Positions 62,666-64,000 of a DNA stretch of 64,000 nt are shown here, one piece after another; the stretch's first letter is position 1, and the number at the start of each line of letters is the position of its first letter. The notes below the pieces were generated by a model. It was not told the DNA's origin and searched no databases. It saw only the letters and a list, made by a program, of their open reading frames with translations. The stretch lies in assembly GCA_965206645.1 (NCBI GenBank), contig CBDBKE010000002.1:448001-512000 (forward strand). Direction: 5' to 3'. This DNA comes from Terriglobia bacterium (lineage in GTDB: Bacteria; Acidobacteriota; Terriglobia; JAJPHL01; JAPKYU01). A program made the position numbers and the translations under genes.

Positions 62666-64000
62666 GAGAGTGTCTCACCTTTAGTTGAAAGTTGAGCGGC
62701 GGTTCGCTGACCTGGTTCCGTAGAATCGGGTTGGGAAACTTTCTGGAAAGGGGAACCGCCGTGCAGAGAAGCTACCACATCCTAGGCCGGAGCGATAGCC
62801 GAAGCTCCCGCAAACTGGCTGCCTACCTGGCTCGCCACGGGCAGTTTCTGCTGCCCTGGGTGGAGTTGATCGAACAATCGCGGTTAGCCGTCGACGAGCT
62901 GATCGACGTGGTGGGTAGGGCGGCGATTGAAGCGGTGCTGGAGTTGTCGGCCGCGCAGGTGGCCGGTCCACGCCGTCAGGGCCGGCGGCGCCGTGGGGTG
63001 GGCTGGTATGGGCGCCAGCGGGGACGGGTGCGCCTGAAGGAGAGAAAGCTGGCCGTGCACAGGCCACGGCTCCGGCGGCCAGGCCGGGGAGCGGGGAAAG
63101 AAGTTCCCCTCCCGGCCTACGAAGCCATGCAGGAGGGCGAGGGTCTGGGGGCCCGGATGTTGGATATCTTGCTGCGGGGCGTCTCGACCCGGCAGTACCA
63201 GCGGGTGTTGCCGGAGATGGCGGACACCGTGGGTGTGTCGCGCTCCACGGTCAGCCGGGAAACGATGGAGGCTGCCGCAGCCGAGTTAGAACGTCTGTTG
63301 AACCGCCGCTTCGAGGAAGTAGAGTTGCTGATCCTCTACATCGACGGGATGGTGTTTGGCGACCATCACGTGATTGCGGCTGTGGGCGTGGATGCGGAAG
63401 GGCACAAGCACGTGCTGGGGATTCAGCAGGGGGCTACGGAGAACGCCGCGGCCGTCCAGGACTTGCTGGAAGGTTTAGTGCGGCGAGGGGTGCAGCCGGC
63501 CCAGAAACGGCTGTTTGTGATCGACGGCTCGAAGGCCTTGCGGGCGGCGATCCGCGCCGTGTTCGGGGCCGAGCAGCCGGTGCAGCGCTGCCGCGCCCAC
63601 AAGTTGCGCAACGTCCTGGACCGGTTGCCGGAGCCAGAGCGGGACCAGGTGCGGGCGGCGATGCGGGCCGCCTGGCGGTTGGATCCGAAGACCGGCAGGG
63701 CCAAGCTGGAGAAGTTGGCCCAATGGTTGGAGCGAGATTGTCCGGCCGCGGCGGCCAGCTTACGGGAGGGTCTGGAGGAATGTTTCACCATCAACCGGCT
63801 GGGGCTTCCGGCTTCGCTACATCGCTGTCTGGCCACCACCAATCTCATCGAGAGTCCGCAGGCGGGAGTGAGGTTGCGAACTCGCCGGGTGTGCCGCTGG
63901 CGGGATGCGGCCATGGTCCAGCGCTGGGTCGCCTCCAGCTTCCTGGCCACGGAGAAAAACTTCCGCCGCCTGATGGGGTACCAGGACCTGTGGATGTTGA
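62666..64000 (+). mobile_element. IS256-family element; transposase from ~62761 runs off window
   Basis: End GAGAGTGTCTCACCTTTAGTTGAAAG; GVSTRQY, LYIDG, VIDGSKAL, QRCRAHKLRN, TTNLIES. Confidence 0.9.

Overview
GC-rich bacterial chromosome segment, probably Acidobacteriota (inferred from a TIGR03437/Solibacter-type C-terminal domain fragment, SBBP-type N-termini and a TPR/peptidase-MA protein). Bases ~3-13.3 kb are a mostly ordinary core block: metallophosphoesterase, queA, clpB-htpX behind a palindromic promoter, ilvD and a TPR peptidase. An IS21-disrupted ligD precedes it. From ~13.4 kb to the end is a heavily rearranged accessory region with more than 15 IS copies or remnants (IS3, IS5/IS903, IS1182, IS1380, IS256, an rve-integrase element, two MITEs) and many gene shards. 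Cargo includes a minimal Tat-lipoprotein napA/napC cluster, stand-alone Cache proteins, an orphan merB-like lyase, ptrB, a TRAP/CE15 sugar-acid cluster, a hydrolase cluster, two PP2C phosphatases and htrA. The most notable unexplained signal is a dispersed family of composite non-coding sites. It is built from two dyad motifs (X, 11-6-11, loosely dif-like; Y, 13-6-13) found at about 29.9, 31.6, 41.4, 48.5 and 61.9 kb, with partial copies at 42.0 and 54.6 kb. These sites fall at boundaries between unrelated cargo modules and suggest a tyrosine-recombinase module-shuffling system, although no recombinase gene is in the window. Also seen: an IS1380 right end that supplies promoter, RBS and an in-frame ATG to the gene it interrupted, an integron-like cassette, and a tRNA-Pro att remnant. 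All family assignments come from motif recognition by eye, not database searches.
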